From an uncultured Gemmatimonadales bacterium (GTDB lineage: Bacteria > Gemmatimonadota > Gemmatimonadetes > Longimicrobiales > RSA9), in assembly GCA_963741945.1 (NCBI GenBank), contig CAVUKA010000006.1, positions 252,486 to 316,485 on the forward strand: a stretch of DNA of 64,000 nt. The letters are read 5' to 3'. Position numbers and translations under genes: made by a program. Below are positions 8,339 to 18,248 of the stretch, piece by piece. A model generated the notes under the pieces. The model had not been told where the DNA came from. It worked only from the letters and a program-made list of their open reading frames with translations, and ran no database searches. Position 1 is the first letter of the stretch. Each line of letters starts with the position of its first letter.

Positions 8339-10965
8339 TGGGGTGGGTGAGCGGGCTTCGGGCGCGTCTGCGTCTCCTGAAGGGTGGGGAGGCGGAGACG
8401 CGGATGCGCGAGGAGATCGCGTTCCACGTGGACATGGAAGCGGAGCGGCTGGAGCGGGAGGAAGGTCTGGCTCCGGCGGAGGCTCGGCGCCGTTCGCTCG
8501 TGGCGTTCGGGGGCGTGGAGCGGACGAAGGAAGAGCTGCGGGCGGGGCGCGGTCTCGCGTGGCTGTCGGGGCTCCGGCTCGACCTGAAGCTGGGCGCGCG
8601 GATGCTGTCGAAGTACCCGTTCCTGACGGGTACGAGCGTGCTGGCGCTGGCGCTGGCCGTGGCGCTGGCGGTGAGCTGGTTCGAGTTCATGTCGAACATG
8701 AGCCACCCGCGGCTGCCGCTTCCGGACGCCGATCGGATCGTGCTGGTCCGTTTGCAGGACGAGGAGAGCGGCGGGCAGGAGCGGCGGGCGCTGTTCGATT
8801 TCGAGCTGTGGCGGGACGGGCTGGGCACGGTCACGGACCTCGGCGCGGCCACGACGGTGGAAGTGGTGGTTCGCACCGGGGATGGGCGGTACGCCACGCT
8901 GGAAGGGGCGCGGGTCACTCCGTCCATGTTCCCGTTCTCGCGGCTGCGGCCGGTGTACGGCCGGCCTCTCCGTCCGGACGACGCGGACCCGGGCTCGCCT
9001 CCGGTGGCGGTGCTGGCGTACTCCGCCTGGCGGCGGTTGTGGGACGGCGACCCGGGTGCGGTGGGGCGCACGGTGCGGGTGGGCTCCGAGACGGTGACGG
9101 TGGTGGGGGTCATGCCGGAGGGGTTCGAGTTCCCCACCTATCAGGAGATCTGGCTGCCACTCCGCGACCGCGGGGTGGACGTGGGGCCGCGGCAGGGCCC
9201 GCCGCTGACGCTGTTCGGGCGGCTGGTGCCGGGCGTGTCGCTGGGCGAGGCGAGGGCGGAGCTGGACGTGGTGGGGCGCCGGATCGCCAGCGCGTACCCG
9301 GCCACGCACGAGCACCTTCGCCCGCAGCTTTACCGGCCGAGCATGTTCGGCGGCGCGGCGGCGTTCGCCGGGCTGCTCAACCTCCCCTTCCTCCTCTTCC
9401 TGATCGTGGTGAGCGCGAACGTGGCCACGCTCCTCTTCGCCCGCACGGCCACGCGGGAAGGCGAGATCGCGATGCGGACGGCGCTGGGCGCGAGCCGGCG
9501 GCGCATCGTGCTCCAGATGGCGGCCGAGGCGCTGGTGCTGACGCTCACCGCGGCGGTGCTGGGACTCCTTCTCGCCCGCTGGGCGTTCCCCCGCGCCCTT
9601 ACGCTCTTCCTGGAGATCCAGCAGACGCGTCGGCCATTCTGGTTCGATGACACCGTGTCGATCCGCGGCGCGATCTACGTCCTGGCGCTGGCCGTGGTGG
9701 CGGCGCTCGTCATCGGAGGGCTCCCGGCGCTCCGGGCGACGCGGGGCGAGCTGCGTCAACGGCTCACCAGCACGGGCACCGGGCTCTCCTCCATGCGATT
9801 CGGCGCCATTGCCACGGCGGTGATCGTGGTGCAGGTGGCCATCACCGTGGCGTTCGTGCCGCTGGCGGTCGACCGGGCGCTGGAGGCGCTGCCGAACCTC
9901 GGTCCGGCGGACTTCCCCGCGGACCACTTCCTGTACGGCCGGCTGACGCGGGAGCACGCGGCGACGATGGGCGGTGGTGACGGGCTGGGCGGCGAAGGGG
10001 AAGGGACGGCGGCGTTCGACGAGGTCGAGCGGAGGCTGCGCGCCGAGCCGGGCGTCGTCGCCGCGACGCGCGCCAGCTGGCTCCCCGGCTTCAACCACCA
10101 GACCACGGCCCTGGAAGTGGAGGGAGACCCGGCGCTGATCCGTCGGCGGGTGCTGGACGTGGACCCGGACTTCTTCGACGTCATGGGCGCCCGGATCGTG
10201 GGCGGACGGGGCTTCCAGGAGAGCGACCGGCTCGGCGATGCCGCGGTGGCCATCGTGGACCGCGAGTCCATCGACGCGCTGTTCGCCGGCAGGAACCCCA
10301 TTGGCCGCAGGATCCGCTTCATCAGGGACCCGGGGGCCGACTCCGCCGGGCCCTGGCAGCGGGTCGTGGGCGTGGTCGATGGGATGGAGCCGGCCATCGG
10401 TCCGGGACAGCCCGTCGGCGTATACCGTCCCCTCCGTCCCGAGCGCCACGCGTCGCTCCACTTCTTCATCCGGACGCTCGGGCGCCCGGACGCTCTCGTG
10501 CCCCGGGTGCACGACCTGGTGGCGGCCGTGGATCCCGACCTCGGGATGGCGCAGCTCGAGCCGCTGGATGCAGTCTGGCGACCCGTCCAGCGCGGCGACG
10601 CCTTCCTCCTCACCGCCCTCGGCGCCGTCGCCGCCGTCATCGTCTTCTTCGCGCTCATGGGGATTTACGCCCTCACCGCGTTCACCGTCGAACGACGCGC
10701 GCGGGAGATCGGCATCCGGCAGGCGCTCGGCGCCAGCCCCGTTCGCCTCCTGGCGGCGGTGTTCTCCCGGGCGATCCTGCAGATCGGGATCGGCGTCGCG
10801 CTCGGCGCCGTGCTGGTCGGCGTCGCCCTCGCCGATCAGCCCCGCGGCCTCCTCCTCGTGGCCGGGGTCTCGCTCTCCATGCTCCTCGCGGGCGCGCTCG
10901 GGGCGAGCATCCCGGCGCTCCGGGCCCTCCGGATCCAGCCCACCGACGCGCTCCGGGCGGAGTAG
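8338..10965 (+). CDS. Duplicated MacB/FtsX-type ABC permease (ADOP-like)
   Basis: EEIAFHVDME prefix domain, VVGVMPEGFEFP, SANVATLLFAR, REIGIRQALGA; TGATG coupling to padR. Confidence 0.92.
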   Translation: MGWVSGLRARLRLLKGGEAETRMREEIAFHVDMEAERLEREEGLAPAEARRRSLVAFGGVERTKEELRAGRGLAWLSGLRLDLKLGARMLSKYPFLTGTSVLALALAVALAVSWFEFMSNMSHPRLPLPDADRIVLVRLQDEESGGQERRALFDFELWRDGLGTVTDLGAATTVEVVVRTGDGRYATLEGARVTPSMFPFSRLRPVYGRPLRPDDADPGSPPVAVLAYSAWRRLWDGDPGAVGRTVRVGSETVTVVGVMPEGFEFPTYQEIWLPLRDRGVDVGPRQGPPLTLFGRLVPGVSLGEARAELDVVGRRIASAYPATHEHLRPQLYRPSMFGGAAAFAGLLNLPFLLFLIVVSANVATLLFARTATREGEIAMRTALGASRRRIVLQMAAEALVLTLTAAVLGLLLARWAFPRALTLFLEIQQTRRPFWFDDTVSIRGAIYVLALAVVAALVIGGLPALRATRGELRQRLTSTGTGLSSMRFGAIATAVIVVQVAITVAFVPLAVDRALEALPNLGPADFPADHFLYGRLTREHAATMGGGDGLGGEGEGTAAFDEVERRLRAEPGVVAATRASWLPGFNHQTTALEVEGDPALIRRRVLDVDPDFFDVMGARIVGGRGFQESDRLGDAAVAIVDRESIDALFAGRNPIGRRIRFIRDPGADSAGPWQRVVGVVDGMEPAIGPGQPVGVYRPLRPERHASLHFFIRTLGRPDALVPRVHDLVAAVDPDLGMAQLEPLDAVWRPVQRGDAFLLTALGAVAAVIVFFALMGIYALTAFTVERRAREIGIRQALGASPVRLLAAVFSRAILQIGIGVALGAVLVGVALADQPRGLLLVAGVSLSMLLAGALGASIPALRALRIQPTDALRAE

Positions 10966-10981
10966 GAGCCGCCGTGAGCCG

Positions 10982-12436
10982 TCAGTGCATCCGCTCCGCC
11001 CGCGCCGCGCCGGCCCGGATCGCCGTGACGGCGCCGTCCGCGTCGCGCTCGAACGTCAGTGTGATCCCGCGCCCGAGGTACATGAACGCGTCGGCCCCCG
11101 TGGGCACGAGCTCCAGCGGCGTGCCGCCATCCTCGGACAGCATGAGGCGCTCGCCTTGCACCGTGACCTCCAGCCTGGTCCCGCCGACGGCATACGTCCC
11201 GGTATAGTCGGCCAGTGCGGCGGGATCCACGGGTGCGGGCGTGATCTCGCGCGGCGCCAGCCCCGGCCATCCGTATACGCGGGCCACGGCCAGGATGACT
11301 TCCTGCGCCAGCGGAGAGCCGGTGTCGCTGTTCGTCATCACCACCACGCCCTCGCCGCTCCCGGCATAGCCCACGAACTGGCTGCGAAAGCCCTCATTGG
11401 CGCCGCCGTGGGAGAAGCGGAGCGAGTCGGCTGAGCCGGCGATCCCCAGCCCGAGCCCGTACTCGCCCAGCACGGGCGTTAGCATGGTCGCGGCCATGTC
11501 CTGCGAGATCACGGTTTCCGCCCCTCCCGCGTACGCGCGCTGGACGCCCATGACGTAGCGGGCGTAGTCGGACGGCGTGGTCCACAGCCCCGCGGCGGCC
11601 ATCTCGGGATACGTGTGGTAGAGCCCCTCCACCGGCTCGCCACCCTGCCGATACCCGGTGGCCGCGCGCTCCCGCATGGCCGCGGGAAGCGGCTGACGGT
11701 ACATGCTCTCCCGCATCCCCAGCGGGTCCAGGACCCGATCCCGCATCAGGTCGGGGAACGGCCGCCCGGCCCGCTCCGCCATGAGCAGCTGGGCGACGGT
11801 GTAGCCGCCGCCCGAGTACCGGTAGATCGAGCCCGGCACCGTGTCGACGACGATGGGCGCCGTATTGCCCGCGCCCTCCAGCACCTGGACGGTGGTGGGC
11901 ACGGCCTCCCCCGCCGCGTACCCGGGGAAGCCGTGCACGGTGGTGCCCGCCGTGTGCGACAGCAGCGCTCGCAGCGTCACCGGGCGCGCCGCCGTGAACC
12001 CGTTATCCGGCACTTTCCAACCCGCGAGCGCATCGTTGACATCGGCGTCGAGGGACAGCAGCCCATCCTCCACCATCGTCAGCGCCCCGAGCGCCGCCAC
12101 CGACTTGCTCATGGAAGCGGCCTGGAAGAGCGTCGCCGACGTGGCCTCCCGCTTGGAGGCCACGTCCGCCCACCCCCACGCGTGCGCCCAGTCGATGCGC
12201 CCGTCGTGCACCACCACCACGCTCACGGCGGGCACGTCGTAGGCTCCCATCCGCTGCGCGATCGTCCACCGCTCCGGCGTCCGGCCGACGACGTGGATCG
12301 CGCGCTCCAGCCCGCTGGCCACCGCCGCCATCCGTGCGTCCGGCGTGGCTGGTGTGCTCGGGAGCTGGGCGAGGGCGGGGGCGGCGCCCCCGAACAGGAA
12401 AAGAAGCGGCAGCAGTGTGCGACGCAGTGGGCTCAT
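10982..12436 (-). CDS. Serine hydrolase, beta-lactamase class C-like, exported
   Basis: SMSK (SxxK), YSGGGY, LLSHTAG, HGG; signal peptide. Confidence 0.92.
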   Translation of the reverse strand: MSPLRRTLLPLLFLFGGAAPALAQLPSTPATPDARMAAVASGLERAIHVVGRTPERWTIAQRMGAYDVPAVSVVVVHDGRIDWAHAWGWADVASKREATSATLFQAASMSKSVAALGALTMVEDGLLSLDADVNDALAGWKVPDNGFTAARPVTLRALLSHTAGTTVHGFPGYAAGEAVPTTVQVLEGAGNTAPIVVDTVPGSIYRYSGGGYTVAQLLMAERAGRPFPDLMRDRVLDPLGMRESMYRQPLPAAMRERAATGYRQGGEPVEGLYHTYPEMAAAGLWTTPSDYARYVMGVQRAYAGGAETVISQDMAATMLTPVLGEYGLGLGIAGSADSLRFSHGGANEGFRSQFVGYAGSGEGVVVMTNSDTGSPLAQEVILAVARVYGWPGLAPREITPAPVDPAALADYTGTYAVGGTRLEVTVQGERLMLSEDGGTPLELVPTGADAFMYLGRGITLTFERDADGAVTAIRAGAARAERMH

Positions 12437-12547
12437 CAGTCGCTCCGCGGTCGAGTCAGGGTGCACGCGGCCCGGCGGCCACAAGCAAATCACGCCGTCA
12501 CCGTCAAGCCGGCCGGGGAGGTCCGGGCCGAAGCCCGGAACCCGTGC

Positions 12548-12727
12548 TCAGCTGGCTGGCCGGTGCATCCGCTTCCGCACTGGATCGAAGTGGATGCCGC
12601 GCATCCGCTTCACACCGTCCTCCGTCTCCTTGTAAACCGTCTTGTGGTCCCTGGCGGACGTTTCCTTGTCCGACCAGAAGTAAGGCGACGGCGAGCCATC
12701 CGGCTTGGTGATGCTGACCTTGGCCAT
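12548..12727 (-). CDS. Small hypothetical protein (59 aa)
   Basis: GGAG RBS before ATG; MAKVSITKPDGSPSPYFWSDK...; good codon usage. Confidence 0.65.
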   Translation of the reverse strand: MAKVSITKPDGSPSPYFWSDKETSARDHKTVYKETEDGVKRMRGIHFDPVRKRMHRPAS

Positions 12728-12834
12728 GGGACTACTCCAGTGCTGCGGGGGAGAAGACTCGAACCGTGTGAGGCGTTCGAGGTGGTGAGATGATTGGTAC
12801 ACTCCGCAAGGACAATCGGTCCTCGATGGGCGGC

Positions 12835-12871
12835 AAAACGGCCGGCCCGGTGCAATACCGGGGCGGCCGTT
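12835..12871 (-). terminator. Rho-independent terminator of the csp gene
   Basis: AACGGCCGCCCCGGT-ATTGC-ACCGGGCCGGCCGTT (14/15 paired) ending in a T run on the minus strand. Confidence 0.7.
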
Positions 12872-12913
12872 GCTGCCGTTGGGCTGGCGAGCCCACGCGA
12901 CATCGACGCGAGG

Positions 12914-13120
12914 TCAGATCGCGCTGACGTTCTCCGCAGCCGGCCCTTTCTGGCCCTGCACGAGGTCAAACTCAACCATCTGGCCCTCGGCCAGGCTCTT
13001 GAAGCCCTCGCCCTGGATGGCACTGTGGTGGACGAAGCAGTCCTTCGTGCCGTCCTCCGGCGTGATGAAGCCAAAGCCCTTCTCGTTGTTGAACCACTTC
13101 ACGGTTCCCTTGGTGCGCAT
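12914..13120 (-). CDS. cspA: Cold-shock protein
   Basis: [15 protein letters not shown] (RNP1), CFVHHSAI (RNP2), [10 protein letters not shown]. Confidence 0.97.
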   Translation of the reverse strand: MRTKGTVKWFNNEKGFGFITPEDGTKDCFVHHSAIQGEGFKSLAEGQMVEFDLVQGQKGPAAENVSAI

Positions 13121-13205
13121 GCTACCGTACTCCCCTGGGTCGTTGGGTGCTGTCGGGGTGCGGTATCTCCGTACCTCTCGAACTCACCGCTTCATGGCGG
13201 CAACG

Positions 13206-13231
13206 AAAAAACCCGGGCGTAGCGCCCGGGT
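13206..13231 (-). terminator. Terminator-like hairpin inside the csp 5' leader
   Basis: ACCCGGGCG-CTA-CGCCCGGGT followed by TTTTT on the minus strand. Confidence 0.55.
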
Positions 13232-13280
13232 CTTCTCAAGCTGCTGGCTCCGACACGCGCCGGAGTAATCGCCAACGGTG

Positions 13281-13309
13281 AGTATTGCGCGATCACGGCG
13301 CCGTGTCAA
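13281..13309 (-). promoter_or_regulatory. Sigma70-like promoter of csp
   Basis: TTGACA (13309-13304), 17 nt, AATACT (13286-13281). Confidence 0.65.
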
Positions 13310-13439
13310 TGCCTGCGTCACGGGCCCACGGCGAGCCCGGGGCACATCGTGACCCACCCCGCCGGAGCAGAAGGATCCGGCAGGGCGACATCCCGGTCAG
13401 GCTGGCGGCGCGAGGGGCGGGCGCCCCTTATCTTCCGGC

Positions 13440-13892
13440 ATGAAGATCTGGATCGACGCCGATGCCGCCCCGAACGCGGTGAAGGAGATCGTGTTCCGAG
13501 CGGCGGCGCGGCTGGAGCTCGAGACGGCGCTGGTGGCCAACCGGCGGCTCTCCACGCCGGCCAACAATCCCCTCGTCACGTCGGTGATCGTGCCGGGCGG
13601 CCCGGACGTGGCCGACCGGCACATCATCGAACACGCCGGTGAGGGCGACCTCGCGATCACCGCCGACATCCCCCTGGCCGCCGCGCTGGTCGAAAGAGGC
13701 GTGCTGGTGCTGGACCCGCGGGGCGAGCGGTACACGGAGGCGAACGTCCGCGAGCGCCTCTCCATCCGCGACTTCATGGACTCGCTCCGGAGCAGCGGCG
13801 TCGAGACGGGCGGACCGAAGCCATACGGCAAGCAGGAAAAGCAGGACTTCGCCAACGCCCTGGACCGGCTGCTCACGAGGTACGGTGAGTGA
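13440..13892 (+). CDS. yaiI: YaiI/YqxD (UPF0178) family protein
   Basis: MKIWIDADA, DVADRHI, ITADIPLAA, PRGERYTEANV, TGGPKP. Confidence 0.93.
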   Translation: MKIWIDADAAPNAVKEIVFRAAARLELETALVANRRLSTPANNPLVTSVIVPGGPDVADRHIIEHAGEGDLAITADIPLAAALVERGVLVLDPRGERYTEANVRERLSIRDFMDSLRSSGVETGGPKPYGKQEKQDFANALDRLLTRYGE

Positions 13893-13949
13893 AGGGTGGG
13901 GCGCGCCCGCAGCGTGCCCGGTTTCAGGGCGGCGACGGCAGGGGGAGGC

Positions 13950-15194
13950 ATGACGCAGGGACTGGTTCTCGTGGACCGCCCGTACGTGAGCGAGCACCTG
14001 CGGGCGCTGATCCGCGAGCGCGGTCTGCCGGTGGTGCTGACGCCGTCGGCGCGGGAGCTGGGCCTGGGCCCGGCTCCCGGGGGTGGTGGGGGTGCGGCGC
14101 TGGAGGGGGCGTCGGAGCGGCAGCCTTCCGGGTGCGGCGGGCTACTGACGGAGGCCGAGGCGGTCGCCGCGGCGCGATCGGCCGACCGGGTTCTGGTCTA
14201 CACCAGCTCCGAGAACGCGCTGCCATGGGTGACGCGGCACCTGCCGTTCACTCACCTGCCGGCGTTGGCGATGCGGCTGAAGAACAAGGCCCGGTTCCGG
14301 GAAGCGCTCCGGCCGCGCTTCCCCGACTTCTTCTTCCGCGAGGTGCCGGCGGATGCGCTGGCGGCCGTGGACGCCCGGGCGCTGCCGCTGCCGGTGGTCG
14401 TCAAGCCGACGGTGGGCTTCTTCAGCCTGGGGGTGCTGAAGGTGGCGGAGCCGGGGGAGTGGCTGGCGGCGCGCCGCACGCTCGAAGCCAAGATGGACGC
14501 GGCGCGGGGGCTGTATCCGCGCGAAGTCCTGGACGCGGCATCCTTCCTGGTTGAGGAGTGGGTGGAGGGGGAGGAGTTCGCGGTGGATGCCTGGTTCGAT
14601 GCCGCCGGCGAGCCGGTGATCCAGGGGATCTGGGCTCACACCTTCGCCTCGGAGGCGGACACGAGCGACCGGGTCTACAGCACGTCGGCGGCGATCGTGC
14701 GGGAGAACCTGGAGGAGTTCGCGGCGTTCCTGGATGAGCTGGGGCGGCTCACCGGTGCTCGCGATGCTCCCGTCCACCTCGAGCTGCGCCGGACGGGCGA
14801 CGGCCGCCTGGTGCCCATCGAGCTCAACCCGCTCCGCTTCGGTGGCTGGTGCACGACGGCGGACCTGACGTGGCACGCCTGGGGCTTCAGCCCGTACCTG
14901 AGCTTCCTCGAGCAGCGACGACCCGACTGGCCCGCGCTGCTGCGCGACGCCGACGAGGCCATCTACAGCATCGTCGTGCTGGACAACAGCACGGGGATCG
15001 ATGGCCGTCGGATCGCGGCGTTCGATTACGACGCGCTGCTCGCGCGCTTCCACCAGCCGCTGGAGCTGCGGCGCGTCGACCACAGACGGCAGCCGCTTTT
15101 CGGCTTCCTGTTCCTGCGGACGCCGGCCGGGTCCCGGGACGAGCTTGAGTGGGTGCTGCGTTCCGACCTGCGGGAGTTCGTGCGGGAAGCGTGA
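13950..15194 (+). CDS. ATP-grasp domain protein
   Basis: KNKARFR, VVKPTVGFFS, EEWVEGEEFAVD, IELNPLRFGG. Confidence 0.88.
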   Translation: MTQGLVLVDRPYVSEHLRALIRERGLPVVLTPSARELGLGPAPGGGGGAALEGASERQPSGCGGLLTEAEAVAAARSADRVLVYTSSENALPWVTRHLPFTHLPALAMRLKNKARFREALRPRFPDFFFREVPADALAAVDARALPLPVVVKPTVGFFSLGVLKVAEPGEWLAARRTLEAKMDAARGLYPREVLDAASFLVEEWVEGEEFAVDAWFDAAGEPVIQGIWAHTFASEADTSDRVYSTSAAIVRENLEEFAAFLDELGRLTGARDAPVHLELRRTGDGRLVPIELNPLRFGGWCTTADLTWHAWGFSPYLSFLEQRRPDWPALLRDADEAIYSIVVLDNSTGIDGRRIAAFDYDALLARFHQPLELRRVDHRRQPLFGFLFLRTPAGSRDELEWVLRSDLREFVREA

Positions 15195-15264
15195 TCACGC
15201 ACGTCCCCCACGGCGGCCTCCCCGGGCGGGGGACCCGCCGGGGAGGCGTTCCCGTGGACTCGCC

Positions 15265-16770
15265 TCAGGTCGTGACCTCCTTGGTGACGGCCTCCGCCGC
15301 CACCGCTTCCTCCCACGGCCCTTCGCTCACGGCCGACAGCTTCTTCATCGTCGGGATCACCGCGGCGGCGATCAGCGTTCCGGCCACGGCCACGAGGCCC
15401 AGCTTTGTGAAGAGGTTCGTGTAGAGCGGCAGCGTGGCGACGGGGTCCGTCACGTTCTGGGGCACACTGGCGAACGTCGCCACGTAGCTCCCCACGTACT
15501 GCGAGATCCCGGTGGCGAGGAACCAGACGCCCATGATGAACCCGCGCAGCGACGGGCCGACATAGCGGGCGACGACCGCGAGTCCAAGACCGCTGATGAG
15601 GAGCTCACCGAGCGACTGGAATCCGTAGCCGGTGATCATCCACCAGAACGAGACCTTGCCGTCCGTGGCGAAGTGTCCGCTGAACCCGTAGGTGAAGAAG
15701 CCGAGGCTCAGCACGGCGAAGCCCATGGCGAACTTCGTGGAGATGTGGAAATCTCCCCCCTCGCCCTTCCCGAGGTGCGTGTAGAGCCAGGCGAGCCCGG
15801 GGCTCAGGATGAAGACCCAGATCGGGTTCAGTGCCTGGACCTGCCCCGCGGGCACGTGGTACCCGAACAGGCCGAGGTCGACATTGCGGAGCGAGAAGAG
15901 CGTGAGCGACGTCGACATCTGCTGATAGAAGATGAAGAACAGCATGCCCAGCCCCGTGAGGATCAGCACGGCGATGAGCCCCTTCCGCTCCCGCTCGCTC
16001 CCCCGTCGCATCATGATGCCGAAAATGGCGAGCATGGTGAAGAACCCGAGGATGACCGTGCCCTGCGCGACGGTGCGGTTCTGGACGATGAACGTCACGA
16101 GCACGATGCCGACGGCGATTCCGACGAGCACCTGAAGGAGCCGCTTCACGTCGAGGGGACGGAAATCGGGCTCGGAGCCCACGTGCCGGAGGTAGCGGCT
16201 CATGGCGAAGTAGTTGAGGAGACCGACCACGAGCCCGGCCGCGGAAACGGCGAAGGCGGCATGCCATCCGAACTTGATCGCGATGAGCGGCGTGGCGATC
16301 TGTGATGCGGTCGCACCGATGTTGACCGCCATGTAGTACATGGTGAACGCGCTGTCGATCTTGGCGGAGTCTCCCTCGTAGAGCTTGGAGATCATGTTGG
16401 CGGGGTTCGCCTTGAACACGCCTCCGCCGACCGCCACGAGCGCCAGGGCCGGGAAGAGGAGGGCGGGATGGTCCGGAATCGCGAGCCCGATGTAGCCGAG
16501 GGCGAGGATCAGCGCACCGAGCACCATGGTGCGGCGGCTCCCGAGGAGCTTGTCGCCGATCCAGCCGCCGACCGCCGGAACGGTGTAGGCGAGCGCCGCG
16601 AACGCGCCGAACGTGAGGGTGGCGCGGTCGTCGGTATAGCCGAGCTTCTGCACCATGAACAGCACGACCACAGCGGTCATGCCGTAGTAGCCGAACCTCT
16701 CCCACAGCTCGATGAGGAAGAGGGTGGTGAACCCCTTGGTCCGCGACGGCGTCAGCGCCTGGGTCGTCAT
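15265..16770 (-). CDS. POT-family proton-dependent oligopeptide transporter
   Basis: ELWERFGYYG (ExxERFxYY), FTMYYMAVNIGA, GELLISGLG. Confidence 0.95.
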   Translation of the reverse strand: MTTQALTPSRTKGFTTLFLIELWERFGYYGMTAVVVLFMVQKLGYTDDRATLTFGAFAALAYTVPAVGGWIGDKLLGSRRTMVLGALILALGYIGLAIPDHPALLFPALALVAVGGGVFKANPANMISKLYEGDSAKIDSAFTMYYMAVNIGATASQIATPLIAIKFGWHAAFAVSAAGLVVGLLNYFAMSRYLRHVGSEPDFRPLDVKRLLQVLVGIAVGIVLVTFIVQNRTVAQGTVILGFFTMLAIFGIMMRRGSERERKGLIAVLILTGLGMLFFIFYQQMSTSLTLFSLRNVDLGLFGYHVPAGQVQALNPIWVFILSPGLAWLYTHLGKGEGGDFHISTKFAMGFAVLSLGFFTYGFSGHFATDGKVSFWWMITGYGFQSLGELLISGLGLAVVARYVGPSLRGFIMGVWFLATGISQYVGSYVATFASVPQNVTDPVATLPLYTNLFTKLGLVAVAGTLIAAAVIPTMKKLSAVSEGPWEEAVAAEAVTKEVTT

Positions 16771-16870
16771 CTTCGTTTTCCTGGATCCGTGAATCTCGGC
16801 GGGTCGCACACTATTATCCCCTGCGCGACACCGCCGCGCCACTACCACACGCCAGACCGGGGAGTTCCCG

Positions 16871-18136
16871 ATGATCGCGTTCAATGACCCGTCCACCATC
16901 CTGGGCCGCACCCGGATCGTGGAGCGCCTGCTCGACTACGTGCGCATCGACACACAGTCGGACGAAACCAGCTCCAGCTGCCCGAGCACCGCGAAGCAGC
17001 TGGAGCTTGCGCGCCGGCTCGTGGACGAGCTGAAGGAGCTGGGGCTCCAGGGCGTGGGCGAGGCCGAGGTCACCGTGGATGGGAACGGCTACGTCCTGGC
17101 GGAGCTCCCCGGCACCACTCGCGGCCGGGTGGGCCTCTGCGCCCACCTGGACACGGCGCCCGCCTTCACCGGTGCCGGCGTGAGTCCGCAGCTGGTCGAG
17201 GGCTACGATGGCGGAGTCATCGACGTGGGCGGCGGCGTGGTCCTGGACCCGGGCGACACGCCCGAGCTGACGGAGTGCGTCGGCGACACCATCATCACCA
17301 CCGATGGTCGCACGCTCCTGGGGGCCGACGACAAGTCCGGGATCGCAGCCATCATGGGCGCGCTGGAGATCCTGGTCCAGGAGCCGGAGATCCCGCGGCC
17401 CACGGTGCGCATCTGCTTCAACCCGGACGAGGAGATCGGCCGGGGCGCCGACCGCTTTCCCCTGGAACGCTTCGACTGCCCGGTGGCGTTCACCGTCGAC
17501 GGCAGCTTCACGGGGGAGGTCAACGTCGAGACGTTCTCCGCCGACAAGGCCGTGGTCACCTTCACGGGCGTCGCGGTCCACCCGGGGACGGCACGCGGCA
17601 AGATGGTCAACGCGCTCACCTGGATGGGAAAGCTGCTGGACCGGCTGCCCATGGCTGAGGCGCCTGAAACCACGGACGGGCGGGAAGGCTTCTACCACCC
17701 GGTCGCCGCCTCCGGTGATGCCGCCTCCTGCACGCTGCAGCTCATCCTCCGGGATTTCGACACCGGCGTGCTGGAGGAGCGCGGCCGCAGGCTGGAGCGG
17801 ATGTGCGCCGGTCTCATGGCCGAGGAGCCCCACCTCGACGTGGACGTCGACATCACGAAGCAGTACCGGAACATGTACGACGTGCTGAGCGGCCACCCCG
17901 ACGTGACCGACAGGCTCATGGAGGCGGTTCGAGCAGGCGGGATGACTCCGCGGCTCGAGCCCATCCGCGGCGGGACGGACGGCTCCCGGCTGACCGAGCT
18001 CGGCATGCCCACGCCCAACGTCTTCGCGGGGGGCGTGAACTTCCACGGCCCATCGGAGTGGATCTCGACCCGCGTGCTGGCACAGTCGGCGTGCACGATC
18101 CTGAACCTCGTGCAGCTCTTCGCCGAGCAGGATTGA
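16871..18136 (+). CDS. pepT: Peptidase T (M20B tripeptidase)
   Basis: YVRIDTQS, AHLDT, LLGADDKSG, PDEEIGRG, HPGTARGKMVNA, PIRGGTDG. Confidence 0.95.
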   Translation: MIAFNDPSTILGRTRIVERLLDYVRIDTQSDETSSSCPSTAKQLELARRLVDELKELGLQGVGEAEVTVDGNGYVLAELPGTTRGRVGLCAHLDTAPAFTGAGVSPQLVEGYDGGVIDVGGGVVLDPGDTPELTECVGDTIITTDGRTLLGADDKSGIAAIMGALEILVQEPEIPRPTVRICFNPDEEIGRGADRFPLERFDCPVAFTVDGSFTGEVNVETFSADKAVVTFTGVAVHPGTARGKMVNALTWMGKLLDRLPMAEAPETTDGREGFYHPVAASGDAASCTLQLILRDFDTGVLEERGRRLERMCAGLMAEEPHLDVDVDITKQYRNMYDVLSGHPDVTDRLMEAVRAGGMTPRLEPIRGGTDGSRLTELGMPTPNVFAGGVNFHGPSEWISTRVLAQSACTILNLVQLFAEQD

Positions 18137-18147
18137 CAGCGGCGGCC

Positions 18148-18186
18148 CCGCGCCGCGGTCCTCCCGGGCGGGAGACCGCGGCGCGG
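18148..18186. terminator. GC-rich hairpin after pepT (terminator or REP-like)
   Basis: CCGCGCCGCGGT...ACCGCGGCGCGG inverted repeat with inner CTCCCG/CGGGAG; no U tract. Confidence 0.4.
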
Positions 18187-18248
18187 CGCGGATCTCGCGA
18201 GTGGCCCTGCCGTCGGAATGGCGCCTGTACGGGAGCGGACGCACGGTG

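Noticed and set aside
10982-12436. Beta-lactam resistance gene
   Set aside because: SxxK family member with YSG rather than YxN and a C-terminal accessory domain; generic esterase/peptidase, resistance not supported
15200-15250. GC-rich hairpin between the ATP-grasp and POT genes as an ncRNA or REP family
   Set aside because: Single copy between convergent genes; most simply a bidirectional terminator
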